A stretch of DNA of 63,949 nucleotides, filler included, from Barthelona sp. PAP020 (GCA_040182905.1; 6 parts of 6 records of this genome joined end to end with filler, not necessarily neighbours in it); one strand, 5' to 3'; counted from the whole stretch's first letter, positions 11,088 through 22,047 are shown. The notes: generated from the letters alone by a model not told the origin. Made by a program: numbers and translations.

Positions 11088-11295
11088 ATCAGACGAGCGT
11101 TCGCATATAAAATCCCTCAATTCCCCCACCCCCACGGATGGTTTAATGAAGTCATAAATAAAATAAAAAAATTTAACAACGGAAAAGGTCACAATTTCTT
11201 TTCTCTCTTTTCAATTTTTTACTTCACCTTCAATGACATTAAAAGATTTAAACATTTTGCAAAATTGTTTATGACATGATAGTTTCTTTTACTCC

Positions 11296-11362
11296 AAAAA
11301 AAAAAAAAAAAAAAAATTTTTTTTTTTTTTTTTTTAATAAAAAAAAAAAAAAAAAAAAAAAA
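11296..11362. repeat. Homopolymer block A21-T19-AAT-A24
   Basis: Directly visible; lies downstream of the RPC25 stop codon. Confidence 0.85.
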
Positions 11363-11425
11363 CTAAGATTTTATAATATCCCATACATTTTCTTTCCTTT
11401 TAACTGTTCAACAAATCAAAAAAAC

Positions 11426-12178
11426 TTACCACCAATCAACAGGTCCTAATCCATCACCATCAATTGAACCAATAACATACATTGGATTTGCCTCACCACC
11501 AAATTGAACGAATGAAGAAATTGTTTTGTTTATCAATTCTGACCCATTTGGGTCAATTCGCCTTGGATTTTCCCCCGAGTTCCAACTGTTTAAAATGTCT
11601 TTTGAAGGAAAGAATGTTGCCAAAACCTTCAGTCTAATTGGCATTCCTACAGCAATTGGAAGCATTTCTCCATCGCTGTTGAACACAAAACCGTGATTCT
11701 CTTTACCGTCTTCCACCATATCATTATCTTTATACAATTCATTTTCCTCGTCATCTTCTTCTTCTTCCTCATCAGAATTATATTGTGTGTGAGAAGAAAT
11801 TGGCCTTCTTTTTTGCCAAGAAGTGTTTGATGGCAAATGACTAACTGGAATGATAATATGTCCAAAGAACCCTAAATCAACACATAAACCAAAATTTTCA
11901 TTTGCTGACGTAATAAAACCTGTCAATATTTCACCAATAGTAGGTCTAAAAACCAATAATCTGAAAACTGTCCACGTAAAGGAATCTCCTTGGTCACTAA
12001 AAATTTTGCTTTGCTCTTTTTCCAAGATGTCAGCTAATGCACAACATAAACCAGTATCAGGAATTACTTTTCCAACATATCTACCATAAATCACTGTCGA
12101 TAAGGCAAAATCCAAAGGGTCTTCAAAACGATGAGGTGGAATTGCCAAGCTGTCTCGAATTTTGGACAAGAAAAACAT
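11426..12178 (-). CDS. POLR3H: RNA polymerase III subunit RPC25/RPC8
   Basis: MFFLSKIRD..IPP, GKVIPDTGLC, FRLLVFRP..GEILTG, DLGFF, C-terminal GSIDGDGLGPVDWW; carries an acidic insertion. Confidence 0.93.
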   Translation of the reverse strand: MFFLSKIRDSLAIPPHRFEDPLDFALSTVIYGRYVGKVIPDTGLCCALADILEKEQSKIFSDQGDSFTWTVFRLLVFRPTIGEILTGFITSANENFGLCVDLGFFGHIIIPVSHLPSNTSWQKRRPISSHTQYNSDEEEEEDDEENELYKDNDMVEDGKENHGFVFNSDGEMLPIAVGMPIRLKVLATFFPSKDILNSWNSGENPRRIDPNGSELINKTISSFVQFGGEANPMYVIGSIDGDGLGPVDWW

Positions 12179-12690
12179 TAGAAATACCGAAAAAAAAGAT
12201 GTTCTTTTTTGTTGCTTTTATAAATGAATCGGATATTTTCAAGAGATCAAAATAATAATAAAGTAATGTTAACAAAATTAGATATAAACTTTTTTCAATT
12301 GATTATTTGATATTCTTTGAGGCGATAATTATTATTTTGTTATTGCTTAAAAACATTAAACCTAAATATTTACCCAATTTTTGAAAATACAAAATGAAAT
12401 CAAAAGAAATGGATGTTTCCTTTCACATTCATCTACAAAAATTCTACTTTCTTTACATAAGTTTTCATCAAGCCCTGAATATTCATATAATATAATTATG
12501 GGATTGAAATTGTCAATCATTAAAATAAAGATATTTGTTATTTTCTTTTATAAATCCGTAGCTTCATTCTTGAAGCAAAAAATTGATTGAACAAGAAAAA
12601 AAAAGGTAAATCTGACAATGAGCTCTGTTTAAAATATGACTTTGAAAAGAAAAAAACAAAAAAAAAACAACTTTTTTTCCTCCTTCTCTA

Positions 12691-13999
12691 ATGATTGCTG
12701 GTTTCTTCATATTGAGCAATACTGGGTATTTAAAATGTGTATAATCTGTCACTAATATAATATAGGGATTTGTTGATTTCAAGATCATATTCTCCAATTG
12801 TATCAAAGAAAGTATCTGATCATTTTTTTAAGATAATTTCTCAAGCAAAAGAAGATTATAATGAATTACCAAGTGTTTTACAGACATCCAAGTATTTTTT
12901 TGTTCATTTAAAAATCCAAAATTGTTATTATGTTTGCATTTGTTTGGAAGAACAATCACCTGTGCTGTTAATCAGTTTAATGGAAAATTTTGCAGATAAA
13001 ATTGCTGACTTTTTGGATAGAAAAGATGTCACTTCATATTTAATTCAAACACACACCGCCAAGATTAGTTTGATGTTGGATGATTTTATTGTAGCAGGTG
13101 TTCCTGTAATTATTGATTCCGCTCAAATGCGTGATATAGTTTCATTAAAGAATCCTTTGCAGATTTTGCCTCAATTAAGCAGTCAAACCTCAAACGGTTT
13201 GCCTTGGAGGGATTCAAAACTTAACCAAGGTATTCAAAAAGTGTTATTAGATGTTATTGAAAAAGTTAATGTTATTTGCGATGCAAATGGGGCTGTTACT
13301 GCTAGCTCAATTTCTGGAGTTGTTGCAGGTAAATGTAAGTTGAGTGGAATGCCTCAATTGTCTTTGAGATTCAAGAATCCTTCCATATTACAAACCCTTT
13401 CATTTCATCATTGTGTCAAGTATCGTGTGTGGGAAACATCAAGGCTTATTCAATTTGTACCTCCTGAGGGGAGATTTAAGCTTCTTAGATATACTGTAGC
13501 AAAGAATAATGTGAATCCATTCAATATCAAATGTTCCACTGAATTAACTGCTGCAGACAGATTGAAAGTGTTAATTAAGATTGGACCCAAGCCAGATATG
13601 ACTAATATTCAAGATTTTAAGCTTACCCTGACTGTGCCTCAAACTACAAATGAAGACAGAATTACATCTTTAGAATTCTCTTCAAATAGAGGACACTGTA
13701 ATTATTCACATTTCGAAAAGTCCATAGTTTTGGATTTAGAGAGGTTAGTTGAGCCTATTGAGTTAGAGGGAATGATTTCATTCACACCTTCTCGAGAACA
13801 ACCAAATCCTAAGAAATTGGTTGGTTTGATTGACAGAGTTGATGGAATTCATCCAAATATTCAACTAAAGTTTAAGATACCTGGTCAATCTTTTATGCAA
13901 ATAGATAAATTGGAGATAAACAATTCAATAGGATCTGGAGAAATTGAAAAGGGCAAAAAATCCGCAACAAGTTCTGGCGATTTTTGTGTTGTATTATAA
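12691..13999 (+). CDS. AP3M: AP-3 complex subunit mu, two exons (12691-12725, 12766-13999)
   Basis: Splicing gives the longin N-terminus MIAGFFILSNTG/DLLISRSY. LPWR and CKLSGMPQLSLRFKNP...SFHHCV...W...FVPPEGRFKLLRY match mu3. Confidence 0.85.
12726..12765 (+). other. 40-nt spliceosomal intron in AP-3 mu
   Basis: GTATTT...CACTAAT-ATAATATAG. Removal joins an ATG exon in frame and restores the mu-adaptin N-terminus. Confidence 0.85.
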
Positions 14000-14517
14000 A
14001 TAATATAAATTGTTTTTAAGATATTATGTTTTTTGTTGTATTTATTGTTTGTCATTGTGTGAATATGTGATGATGAAATTTATCCGTTTCACTTCATTAC
14101 AAACTTTTCTTTTTTTTAAATTCAGAATTGTTTATGCGAGTAAGTGGTTGGATATATAGAAATTAAAAGTTAGATTCAATAGATTCATCAGATTGTGTTG
14201 GAAATATTTCCTCAAGGGGAATTCTGAACAATTAAATATTAGTTTTACTATAAATAATTAATAGCATTAAATCGCATGACAATATTCGTGCATGGCAAAT
14301 ATGAATCATTCTTTTAAATCTATTGAGATTAAAAAAAATCATTGTTTGTTGATAATGTGAAGAATTGAAGGAAGAAGAAAAATAAAAAAGGAGGGAAAGA
14401 TTTACGATAACTGCCACACACAAATTATACCATTTATCATGTCATAAATCACAGAACTTCTTTACATTAAAACAAATAGGCCACAAAATATGAAAAAAAA
14501 CAAAAAAACAAACATTG

Positions 14518-15715
14518 CTATTTTCTTTTTAAAAAGTGTCCTGCCAAAATGCCCAAGAAAAAAATCAGGATTAAAACAGCAAAATATCCTTTTTCTGCTG
14601 TGTCAAAAGAACCATGCTCACTAGAAAACACTCCGTTACTTTTGTGAGAATCTAAAACTTCTTTATTTTCAACGCTTCTTGTATTGAACCCCATCACTCT
14701 TTCAGAAACATTAATCCTTCTATCATGAAGATTATCAAACACATGTCTATCAAAATGATCAGAATAGACATTCTGTTTTTGATTATTTTGAGAGAACTCA
14801 ACCTCAACATGCTCTATCAAATGATTTTCATCACTCGTTTCTGATGAAAAAATAGAAACAGAGTCAAAATCTGAACTTGAATTCATCTCTATAGCGAGGT
14901 CAACAGGTTTAGCACTGAAATTTTGTTTCTCCTCTCTTTTTGTTTGGATTGCTACTTGACCTGTATTATCCGTGCTCTCTCTTTTGCAGCAATTATTAAT
15001 GTCTCTTTTCAAATTCTGTGTGACCTGCAGTAAATGAGCATTCTGTTTTTTCAATTCTTTGTTCTTAAGCATTAGTTGTTCAATATACTGTTCTTTCATC
15101 CCACCATCAATTAACTCTTTATTATAGTTCTGTTTCAATTCATCAAATTGTTCCTCCAACTGAATATTCTTCTCATTAACATCTGCCAACAAATTTTGCA
15201 ACCTTTGAGTGTCAAGAGAAGTCCTTATTTGCTGATATGTTGGTTGTTCGTAATTATTTAGCATTGTTGAAGAGTCAACAACCAAATCAATGTTGTTTTC
15301 TAATTTTAATTGATTAGAAATCAAACAGTTTTTAAAACCTTCCAAATCGTCAAACTTTAACAAATTTCTTAATTCTTTCAAAATAAAATCATCACTACTT
15401 TCAACACAAGAAATTCTAAATTTATCTTTGGAAGACTCCTCTTCATATGCAAGAAATTCAGTTGCTTGTATTGTTACTTTAAGCTCTTTACCAGGTTCTA
15501 TTATTCCTACAGGTGGAATTACAGAATATCTTTCTTTTCGATTGGTTAAAACTTTAATAATTACATGACTATTTGTAATATTTTTAATATTTAAGATGCT
15601 TTGAAGATCATGAACTATCGTTAGTATTTTTGATATTATTTCAATTAGATATAAATATACCATCACTAAATTCTAATTGTATAGTTGAAGGAGTAATGTG
15701 TATAAAATTATTCAT
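14518..15715 (-). CDS. VAP-like protein (MSP domain, coiled coil, C-terminal TM anchor), two exons (15715-15661, 15614-14518)
   Basis: Spliced N-terminus MNNFIHITPSTIQLEFSD/VHDLQSILNIKN; MSP motifs KVLTN..ERYSV.PPVGIIEPG and KDKF; tail anchor YFAVLILIFFLGILAGHFL. Confidence 0.8.
15615..15660 (-). other. 46-nt spliceosomal intron in the VAP-like gene
   Basis: Minus strand GTATAT...TACTAAC-GATAG: canonical branch point only 5 nt from the intron end; removal keeps the frame. Confidence 0.85.
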
Positions 15716-15877
15716 ATTAACATTATCACAAATTAATCAATACCAAAAAGACCAGATTTTTATTTCACAACAACAGATTTCCATTTGAACTAACATGGAT
15801 TATTCCGAAGTAATGCCATTAATTAAAGTTTTTGAATGTTAGATTTGAAGGAGTGCAAGGATATTTGTTGAAAGAAC

Positions 15878-16258
15878 TTGAAACTTGAAATACAAATCGA
15901 ATTTGATTCTTTGAAAGAAATTGATGAATATTTAGATTTTCATGCCATGTTATTATTTGGTACACAGGAAAAAGTTATATTTTTGGATGAGTGTTCTGTT
16001 GGTGATCTAATCACCTCTATTTTAACTTATTTTACGTTTCATGTTGAGATTCTAGATCTTTTTGACTTATATGATGATAATCTTGTTTTTTCTGCAGGTG
16101 CTGTGATTCGTTGTTATTTTAAAGAACAACAATTTTGCACTGTTGAGTTTTTAGCTTCTATGTTCTGTCAAGATATCGATGAAGATACTGGTAATTTAGT
16201 CCTAAAATCTGAAACAAATGACGTTCCTGATGAACTTACTCATGTGAAATTAGTCTAG
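15878..16258 (+). CDS. Hypothetical protein, start uncertain
   Basis: Protein-like 126-codon frame that begins at TTG. A 7-nt tandem duplication AACTTGA-AACTTGA at the 5' edge may disrupt a longer frame. Confidence 0.35.
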   Translation: MKLEIQIEFDSLKEIDEYLDFHAMLLFGTQEKVIFLDECSVGDLITSILTYFTFHVEILDLFDLYDDNLVFSAGAVIRCYFKEQQFCTVEFLASMFCQDIDEDTGNLVLKSETNDVPDELTHVKLV

Positions 16259-16600
16259 ATTATCAAAGAAAACAAACCAACTTAACCAGATATAAAATTG
16301 ATTGGTCGATACAAAGAATGCACTGTGTATAAATGTACCGTTTTTCTTTTCATTTCTATTTATCTTTCAATAAAGAATTTCCAAAACCTACATTTGTATT
16401 TCCAATGGAAAAGTTTGATATAATGCAATGAATAGCTATCTTTCCACTGCTTCATAAAACCCCAAAATTACCTGCATTTCGATCTTTCTTTATCCTTGCT
16501 AAACAATATTTTCCTTTATGGATAAAAAAAGCTCATTACATATTTATTATTAAAAGGATTTAAAGAAAAGCAAAAAATGCATCACAACAACGAGTGAATT

Positions 16601-17221
16601 TTATGCAAAATATGACAAATATATTTCAGTAGCAATTTCAGAAGGTGGCCGTAAAGGGAAATCTGGTTTTTCACCAACATCCCACAAAGGAGTATCCGTG
16701 TCTGGAACAATGTGTAGGAATAGCTTTATATCAGTCAACCAACAATCATCAACAGCAGCTCTTTTATATCCTAAAAGAATGTGTTTAGCCATAATATATG
16801 AAGCACAATCAGTACATGAATTTTCTTGCAATTCTGAGCCCAAAAAAATTATTATTGCATTCTTACAGTGTGTTGCTGCATATTTCACAGAATTAATAGC
16901 AGGCCATAAGTGAGAATCTAAAGCTCTTTGAAGAATTTGTTGATCAATATCCAAGGCTGAAACATATTCTAAATTTCCTGTCGCAACAATAACAGCATCA
17001 AAGACACCAATATTATCAAAAGTCCAAAATTCAAATTCTTTTGATTCACCAACAATAAAAGTTGATGAAGGATCGATATTTCGAAGTTTATTGCAACATT
17101 CTATGGCTTTTTCTTCATATCTACTTGCTACTATTACTGTCCAATCATTTTTTGTTGAAAATAATTTTGCACACTCAAATCCAATCCCACCACAACCACC
17201 TAATATCAATATTCTTTTCAT
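16601..17221 (-). CDS. Short-chain dehydrogenase/reductase (SDR)
   Basis: Rossmann motif ILILGGCGGIG, VIVASR, catalytic S...YIMAK (YxxxK), TDTPLW. Confidence 0.85.
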   Translation of the reverse strand: MKRILILGGCGGIGFECAKLFSTKNDWTVIVASRYEEKAIECCNKLRNIDPSSTFIVGESKEFEFWTFDNIGVFDAVIVATGNLEYVSALDIDQQILQRALDSHLWPAINSVKYAATHCKNAIIIFLGSELQENSCTDCASYIMAKHILLGYKRAAVDDCWLTDIKLFLHIVPDTDTPLWDVGEKPDFPLRPPSEIATEIYLSYFA

Positions 17222-17286
17222 CAAATCAATAATGTTTAAAAATTAATCGCAAAATCAAAAAAAAAACATATGTTCGTCAATTTATT

Positions 17287-18516
17287 CTAGAAGAAGTCCA
17301 AAATGTTGTTATTTTTTTTCATCCCTTTACTTTCTTTCTTCACATCTTTCATTAGTTTATTTAAACACAAATCATCATCAATATTTGAAATCACATCATT
17401 GATATGATTGAATCTGGATAAAAATTGCACCAAATCCTGATATCCACAATGTTCAGAATAGGGGAATTCATATTCAGTAGTTGTACTTTTCAAACTGTGT
17501 AATTTTATTGGCCAACGATGAAACCAACCAGATGGTTTGAGCAAAACAATTTTTTTATATGGAGTCTCATCAAAGATTTCCTGTTTCAACACAGGCATTT
17601 TTTTCCAATGTGCTTCTGAAGCACCTAAACACCATAATTGAGAAGCTTTGTCTTCAGTCAAATACTCTTGAAACAGATTGATACATTGCAAAGTTTTATT
17701 ACGTAGCCCATCTTTAGAAAAAATCTTTGTCGTTGGAACATACTCTAGCAAGCAATTTAACATGAACAGAAGTAGTTTTTCTTTGCCAAATGTGTATGTT
17801 ACTAGGATAAATAATGTATGTGGAGAATAATGATGCGAAACAAGTATTTTCAACCAGCGAAGGATTTCTTCATGTGAAGGATGATTGAATTTGCTCGAAA
17901 AATAGGTAGTGTCCAAATAGACGTCAATTAACTTCGTTTTATCTCTGTTCACATATTCAAATAAATCATTAAACTCCGTATTAGAGGGTGAATACCGAAA
18001 ATCTCCAGTATGCAGGTAAAACTTACCCGGAAATTCAAAGAGGAAAATCAAAGAACCGAAACAATGATTGGCAGCAAAAGCTCTAATTTTAATATGATGG
18101 ACATCAATAGTTTCATTATGTTCGATTACTTGTATACAATCAGCAGAAATGTTGTAAAGTTTTTGCAATATTGAAGATGTAATTTTTGAACAAAAAATAA
18201 CACCGATGTTAAAAGCTTTTGTTAAACCCCCATAATGATCAGAATGAAAATGTGTTAAAAAATAATGTTTGGTGCGAATATTTTTGTATTTAAATGCATC
18301 AACAAGAAAGAATGTTTGTGGAACTCTTAATCTTGTAGGGGAATCTTCAAAACTTTTTAATTTTATGATTCGTTTTGTAGTATCATTTTTATATGTTTTT
18401 GGAGAATTATCAATAATATCTTCTTCAATTTCGCTTAAATTAATGTATTCTTCTTTTGTTTCTTCTTCAAAATCATCATCTGATGAATCAATAATCATGA
18501 ATTCATCTTCAATCAT
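17287..18516 (-). CDS. SNM1/PSO2-family (DCLRE1) metallo-beta-lactamase/beta-CASP DNA cross-link repair nuclease
   Basis: FLVDAF, YFLTHFHSDHYGGL, AANHCFGS, LHTGDFR, YLDTTY, GKEK, PSGW, PYSEH. Confidence 0.92.
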   Translation of the reverse strand: MIEDEFMIIDSSDDDFEEETKEEYINLSEIEEDIIDNSPKTYKNDTTKRIIKLKSFEDSPTRLRVPQTFFLVDAFKYKNIRTKHYFLTHFHSDHYGGLTKAFNIGVIFCSKITSSILQKLYNISADCIQVIEHNETIDVHHIKIRAFAANHCFGSLIFLFEFPGKFYLHTGDFRYSPSNTEFNDLFEYVNRDKTKLIDVYLDTTYFSSKFNHPSHEEILRWLKILVSHHYSPHTLFILVTYTFGKEKLLLFMLNCLLEYVPTTKIFSKDGLRNKTLQCINLFQEYLTEDKASQLWCLGASEAHWKKMPVLKQEIFDETPYKKIVLLKPSGWFHRWPIKLHSLKSTTTEYEFPYSEHCGYQDLVQFLSRFNHINDVISNIDDDLCLNKLMKDVKKESKGMKKNNNILDFF

Positions 18517-18687
18517 AAATATTTAATCATTAAATACATAAAAAAGAACTTGCATTTGTATCCTCAAAAAAATAGAACTATTTATGCAGAAATTTTGGTT
18601 TGATTCTTTTCTACATTCAAATTTAAATGACTACAATTCTCAACAATAAAAACAAAAAAAAAAAAGATTTCGCAGGTTTATTTTTTT

Positions 18688-19290
18688 CTATTGTTGAGGA
18701 CAATTTGGCTGTTCTTCCTTTTGATTAGCTTCTATTTGTGATATTTGTTGTTTTCTTCTTTGCTCAACTTGTCTAAGTTGTGGTGGCTTCTGATATTTTA
18801 TTATTAAAGTATTATTAATCAATGAAATATCCATACAACGATAATCTAAATCAATTTTTAATCGTTGTAAATCTGGAATTCCAAATTTCTTATAATATTT
18901 TTTATTTTTCGTTCTGATTAAAATTTTTTGTTCCTCCTCATCTATTGTAATGGTAAAATTACTTTGAGGCCAAGGAACATTACGTACACGAAAAACAAAA
19001 TGAGTGTTAGTATCAGCCCTATAAAATTGTGGATTCTTATTGGAAGGCGCCAATAAATCATTATATGGATTGAACACCTTTGTGGCTTGTCCAATTTCAA
19101 ACACCCATTCACCTTCTCCACCTAAAAAAGTAGGTTGTCTCCATTTTCTCACAACTAATTTATTGGTCTGAATCTCATATTCTTCTACTAATTCACTTTT
19201 GTTTGGATAAGTGGTATGAACAATCCTTCGATCATTTTGTATCATTGAAGTTGTTTTTCCTTCTCCAACCGGAGAGAATGTCTCGTTCAT
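18688..19290 (-). CDS. DPCD: DPCD (deleted in primary ciliary dyskinesia) homolog
   Basis: RRIVH...ELVEEY...LVVRKWR...W.FEIG, NPQF.R.DT...FVFRVRN.PWP, RTKNKKYYKKF.IPDL.R, NNTLII.Y.KP, C-terminal C..Q. ATG 19290. Confidence 0.9.
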   Translation of the reverse strand: MNETFSPVGEGKTTSMIQNDRRIVHTTYPNKSELVEEYEIQTNKLVVRKWRQPTFLGGEGEWVFEIGQATKVFNPYNDLLAPSNKNPQFYRADTNTHFVFRVRNVPWPQSNFTITIDEEEQKILIRTKNKKYYKKFGIPDLQRLKIDLDYRCMDISLINNTLIIKYQKPPQLRQVEQRRKQQISQIEANQKEEQPNCPQQ

Positions 19291-19603
19291 TTCGAAAAAA
19301 TAAAAATGTTGATTTTCGTCAAATTGCAAAACCTTATTTTATTAAGTATTTTATTTATTGTTTATCCAACCTATTTATGCAATAAATCAAAAGTGCTTGT
19401 GAAACTAAGAAATTAAAACAAATAGAAAATAAAGTGGGAAATTGTGCATTCTTTCTTTTAATTTAATGCTTTTATTAAATAAACATAATGTTCAAAACAG
19501 AAATATTGACATTTGAAAAAGATTTTGGAAAAGAAAAAAAAATCTAATAGAAAGGAACATCTCCCCTAAACAATATGATCTTTTTCTTTTTTTCGAATCA
19601 TCA

Positions 19604-19840
19604 ATGAATTTTGTTCCTACTGAATATCAACCAATGCAAAGTTATTCATTGGTCCAATTTATCAAGCAAAAAGAAAAGATCAATAATTTTTTTTCCTTGC
19701 CAAATCTTGTTTTCAAAAATGCAAGCATGAAAGCTTCTGGTTCAAAAGAATCTTCTTTTATTGGTACAGAATTACCAAATACATTTTATAATGGAAAAGA
19801 AGACGACACTTCACTTTCATTTGAAATCTTATTTGATTGA
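19604..19840 (+). CDS. Small hypothetical protein (78 aa)
   Basis: ATG-started ORF in an otherwise empty gap; no recognisable motif. Confidence 0.3.
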   Translation: MNFVPTEYQPMQSYSLVQFIKQKEKINNFFSLPNLVFKNASMKASGSKESSFIGTELPNTFYNGKEDDTSLSFEILFD

Positions 19841-20072
19841 ACTTCAAATCCTTTCAATACTTTTGCTGTTTAATTTTAGTCTTTAATTTCGTATTTTAGT
19901 CAGTATATTTGTGAATATAAAAATTTTGTCACACTCATTTGTGACTTTTTTTTTTAATTATTACACTTTATTATTGGTTTGTAAAGCAGAACTTTAAAAA
20001 ATATATCGTTTTTCAAATGAACCTTTTTGTTTTTGAAAAGATTGTTTTTTTTTTTCATTATCTGAAACGACA

Positions 20073-21026
20073 ATGAATGAAGATGAAAAAAAAAAAACGA
20101 CAACAGAATATCAAAATCAGGACAAACAATCGTATTCAAAAAGAAATAATGTTAAATCAAGCAATTTGGTTTCTCCTCAAACTTTATTAGAATATGCATC
20201 TTCAATAACCTTAAATCTAAATGAAGATTCTAATTTGAAGACTCCAATCTCTTCGAATAGTTTTAACACTGAAAACGAAATAAAAATAAGTCCAAGATCA
20301 CAATCAAAATTATTTTATAAATATACGAATTTAAAACATGAATATGAAGAGGCGATGAATTCATTTTCACTTTCGTATAATAGTTTAGCTGAAGAAAATG
20401 CAAAAATAATCCAAGAAAAAGAAAAAGAAATATGTAGACTTCAAAACCTTTGTTCAGTAAGTGAAATTCGTCTAAAAAATTATATTAACAAAAACAATTA
20501 TGAAAAAAATAGGCTTTCAAGTAGAATTGAAGAAATGGAAAATGAGTTGATGAAAAGAAGGTCATTTGATGAATTATCAGTTTATTCCGAACAAATTCAG
20601 TCAAATAAAACAGATTTAACAGGAAAGGATTTGATGCAACAAAATTATGATGTTTTAACACAGCTTTGCAAAAAAATTGAAGAATTAGAACTTACCATTG
20701 TTAATAATAAGGAATCTGCTAATCAATTAAAGGCAATAAATAATAATTTAGTTGAAGAAAATGACAAATTGAAAAAAAAAATTTTTGCAGGCAAAATGAA
20801 TTTTTCTGAAGAACATTGCAATTCTTCAAAAGATGATGATTTTGAAACAATAAACAACCTAAAAGATCAAATTTCAGAATTAGATGATCAAGTAAAACAG
20901 CTAAAGAAGACTGAAAATGATTATTTATCTTTAAAAGATCAACATAAACATTTAGAACAAAAATATTCGGATTTATTAACTAAAACTGAAAATTATTTGA
21001 TTCAAATTGGTGCATATTCTCTTTGA
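20073..21026 (+). CDS. Coiled-coil hypothetical protein
   Basis: 317-aa ORF rich in E/K/L/N with heptad character. Confidence 0.65.
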   Translation: MNEDEKKKTTTEYQNQDKQSYSKRNNVKSSNLVSPQTLLEYASSITLNLNEDSNLKTPISSNSFNTENEIKISPRSQSKLFYKYTNLKHEYEEAMNSFSLSYNSLAEENAKIIQEKEKEICRLQNLCSVSEIRLKNYINKNNYEKNRLSSRIEEMENELMKRRSFDELSVYSEQIQSNKTDLTGKDLMQQNYDVLTQLCKKIEELELTIVNNKESANQLKAINNNLVEENDKLKKKIFAGKMNFSEEHCNSSKDDDFETINNLKDQISELDDQVKQLKKTENDYLSLKDQHKHLEQKYSDLLTKTENYLIQIGAYSL

Positions 21027-21108
21027 CAGTAAAAAGCAAGAGTTTTTCTTTTTCCTTTCTCCTTTTTCTTATTTTTGAAGAATTTTGGAAAAAGATGAAT
21101 AAAATTTG

Positions 21109-21385
21109 TTTATTTCATGTCAAGAAGCATTGATGGAATGACTAAAGAAAGAATCGTGTCCATTTGATAAAGCTTTCAAGGGCCGATGGATGTGTTAAAA
21201 CTTTAAGTTTTTGAAAAGTTAAAGGTGAAACTATAAAATATAGCTCTTTCAAAAATTCAAAACAGTGAGCAAATTTCCAAATAGCGCATTTGATCCACGT
21301 TGTTGAATCTCAGTTCCTTAATTCCACCTATCGGGATTTCTTTGAAATTTGCAATGAGTTTTCTGGGTTTTCCATTTTTACAAAA
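21109..21385 (+). repeat. Degenerate copy of the ~320-bp interspersed repeat
   Basis: ATTTGATAAAGCTTTCAAGGGCCGATGGAT and ATCTCAGTTCCTTAATTCC...GAAATTTGCAATGAGTTTTCTG align with the 40384-40709 copy; the 3' terminus is missing. Confidence 0.7.
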
Positions 21386-21470
21386 CTAAAATTCTTTGAC
21401 TGATGTGCAGGAGTCAATCCAATCAATTCTCGTCGATCGGCATACTTTATCACTTTTCATCTTTTTTGTA

Positions 21471-21543
21471 TCCGATATAGTCTACTTGGTTAGGATAGTG
21501 GGTTTTCACCCCGCAGAACCGGGTTCGAATCCCGGTATCGGAG
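21471..21543 (+). tRNA. tRNA-Glu(UUC): tRNA-Glu, anticodon TTC
   Basis: Acceptor TCCGATA/TATCGGA plus G73; anticodon stem GTGGG/CCCGC around loop TT-TTC-AC; T arm CCGGG-TTCGAAT-CCCGG; followed by TTGTTTTT (Pol III terminator). Confidence 0.95.
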
Positions 21544-21550
21544 TTGTTTT

Positions 21551-22047
21551 TCCACTCTTACTCTCAAGGAGAGGATCGAGTCTGGGATTCTTAGATTCTG
21601 AGGGTTTTCATCATTCACGTCTCTTTTAGAAGACAATTCACGTTGGATGAAAAGGATAAATTAAAGGCTTTAATTATATTTACCAACTGGGGTTGGGGAA
21701 ATTACTCCATGATTTCACACGACAATAATAATAAATGTTTATAAAGATCTTTATTGTTCTCGGTTAGGGTTTGGGGGAACTTGCAACTGTGTCGTTTTGC
21801 GTGGATGGTTCAGAACACTCTTAAAAAAAAAGAAATTTCACGTTAGGTACAAGAAAAGGTATACGAAAGCTTTTATATACGGTGTGTTATTGAAATGAGT
21901 AGTTGGGAAAGCCTTGAATTTGAATCCTGGCTGTTTGAAATGACTTAGTTCTGATTGAAAGATTGGACGATATTGAATCCCAAAATCTCAGAACCTAAGT
22001 CATAACAAACCATATATGAGAATCCTCAATCATCTCACATACACCCA
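21551..22047. ncRNA. Candidate structured non-coding RNA downstream of tRNA-Glu, running to the contig end
   Basis: No long ORF, locally G-richer, with several nested hairpins including a ~20-bp interrupted stem at 21933-22010. Confidence 0.4.

Noticed and set aside
11296..11362. A21/T19/A24 as a functional cruciform or retro-element tail
   Set aside because: Homopolymers are common in these intergenic regions and error-prone; no associated element or TSD.
21396..21629. 77-aa ORF
   Set aside because: TTG start and spans the tRNA-Glu gene; spurious.
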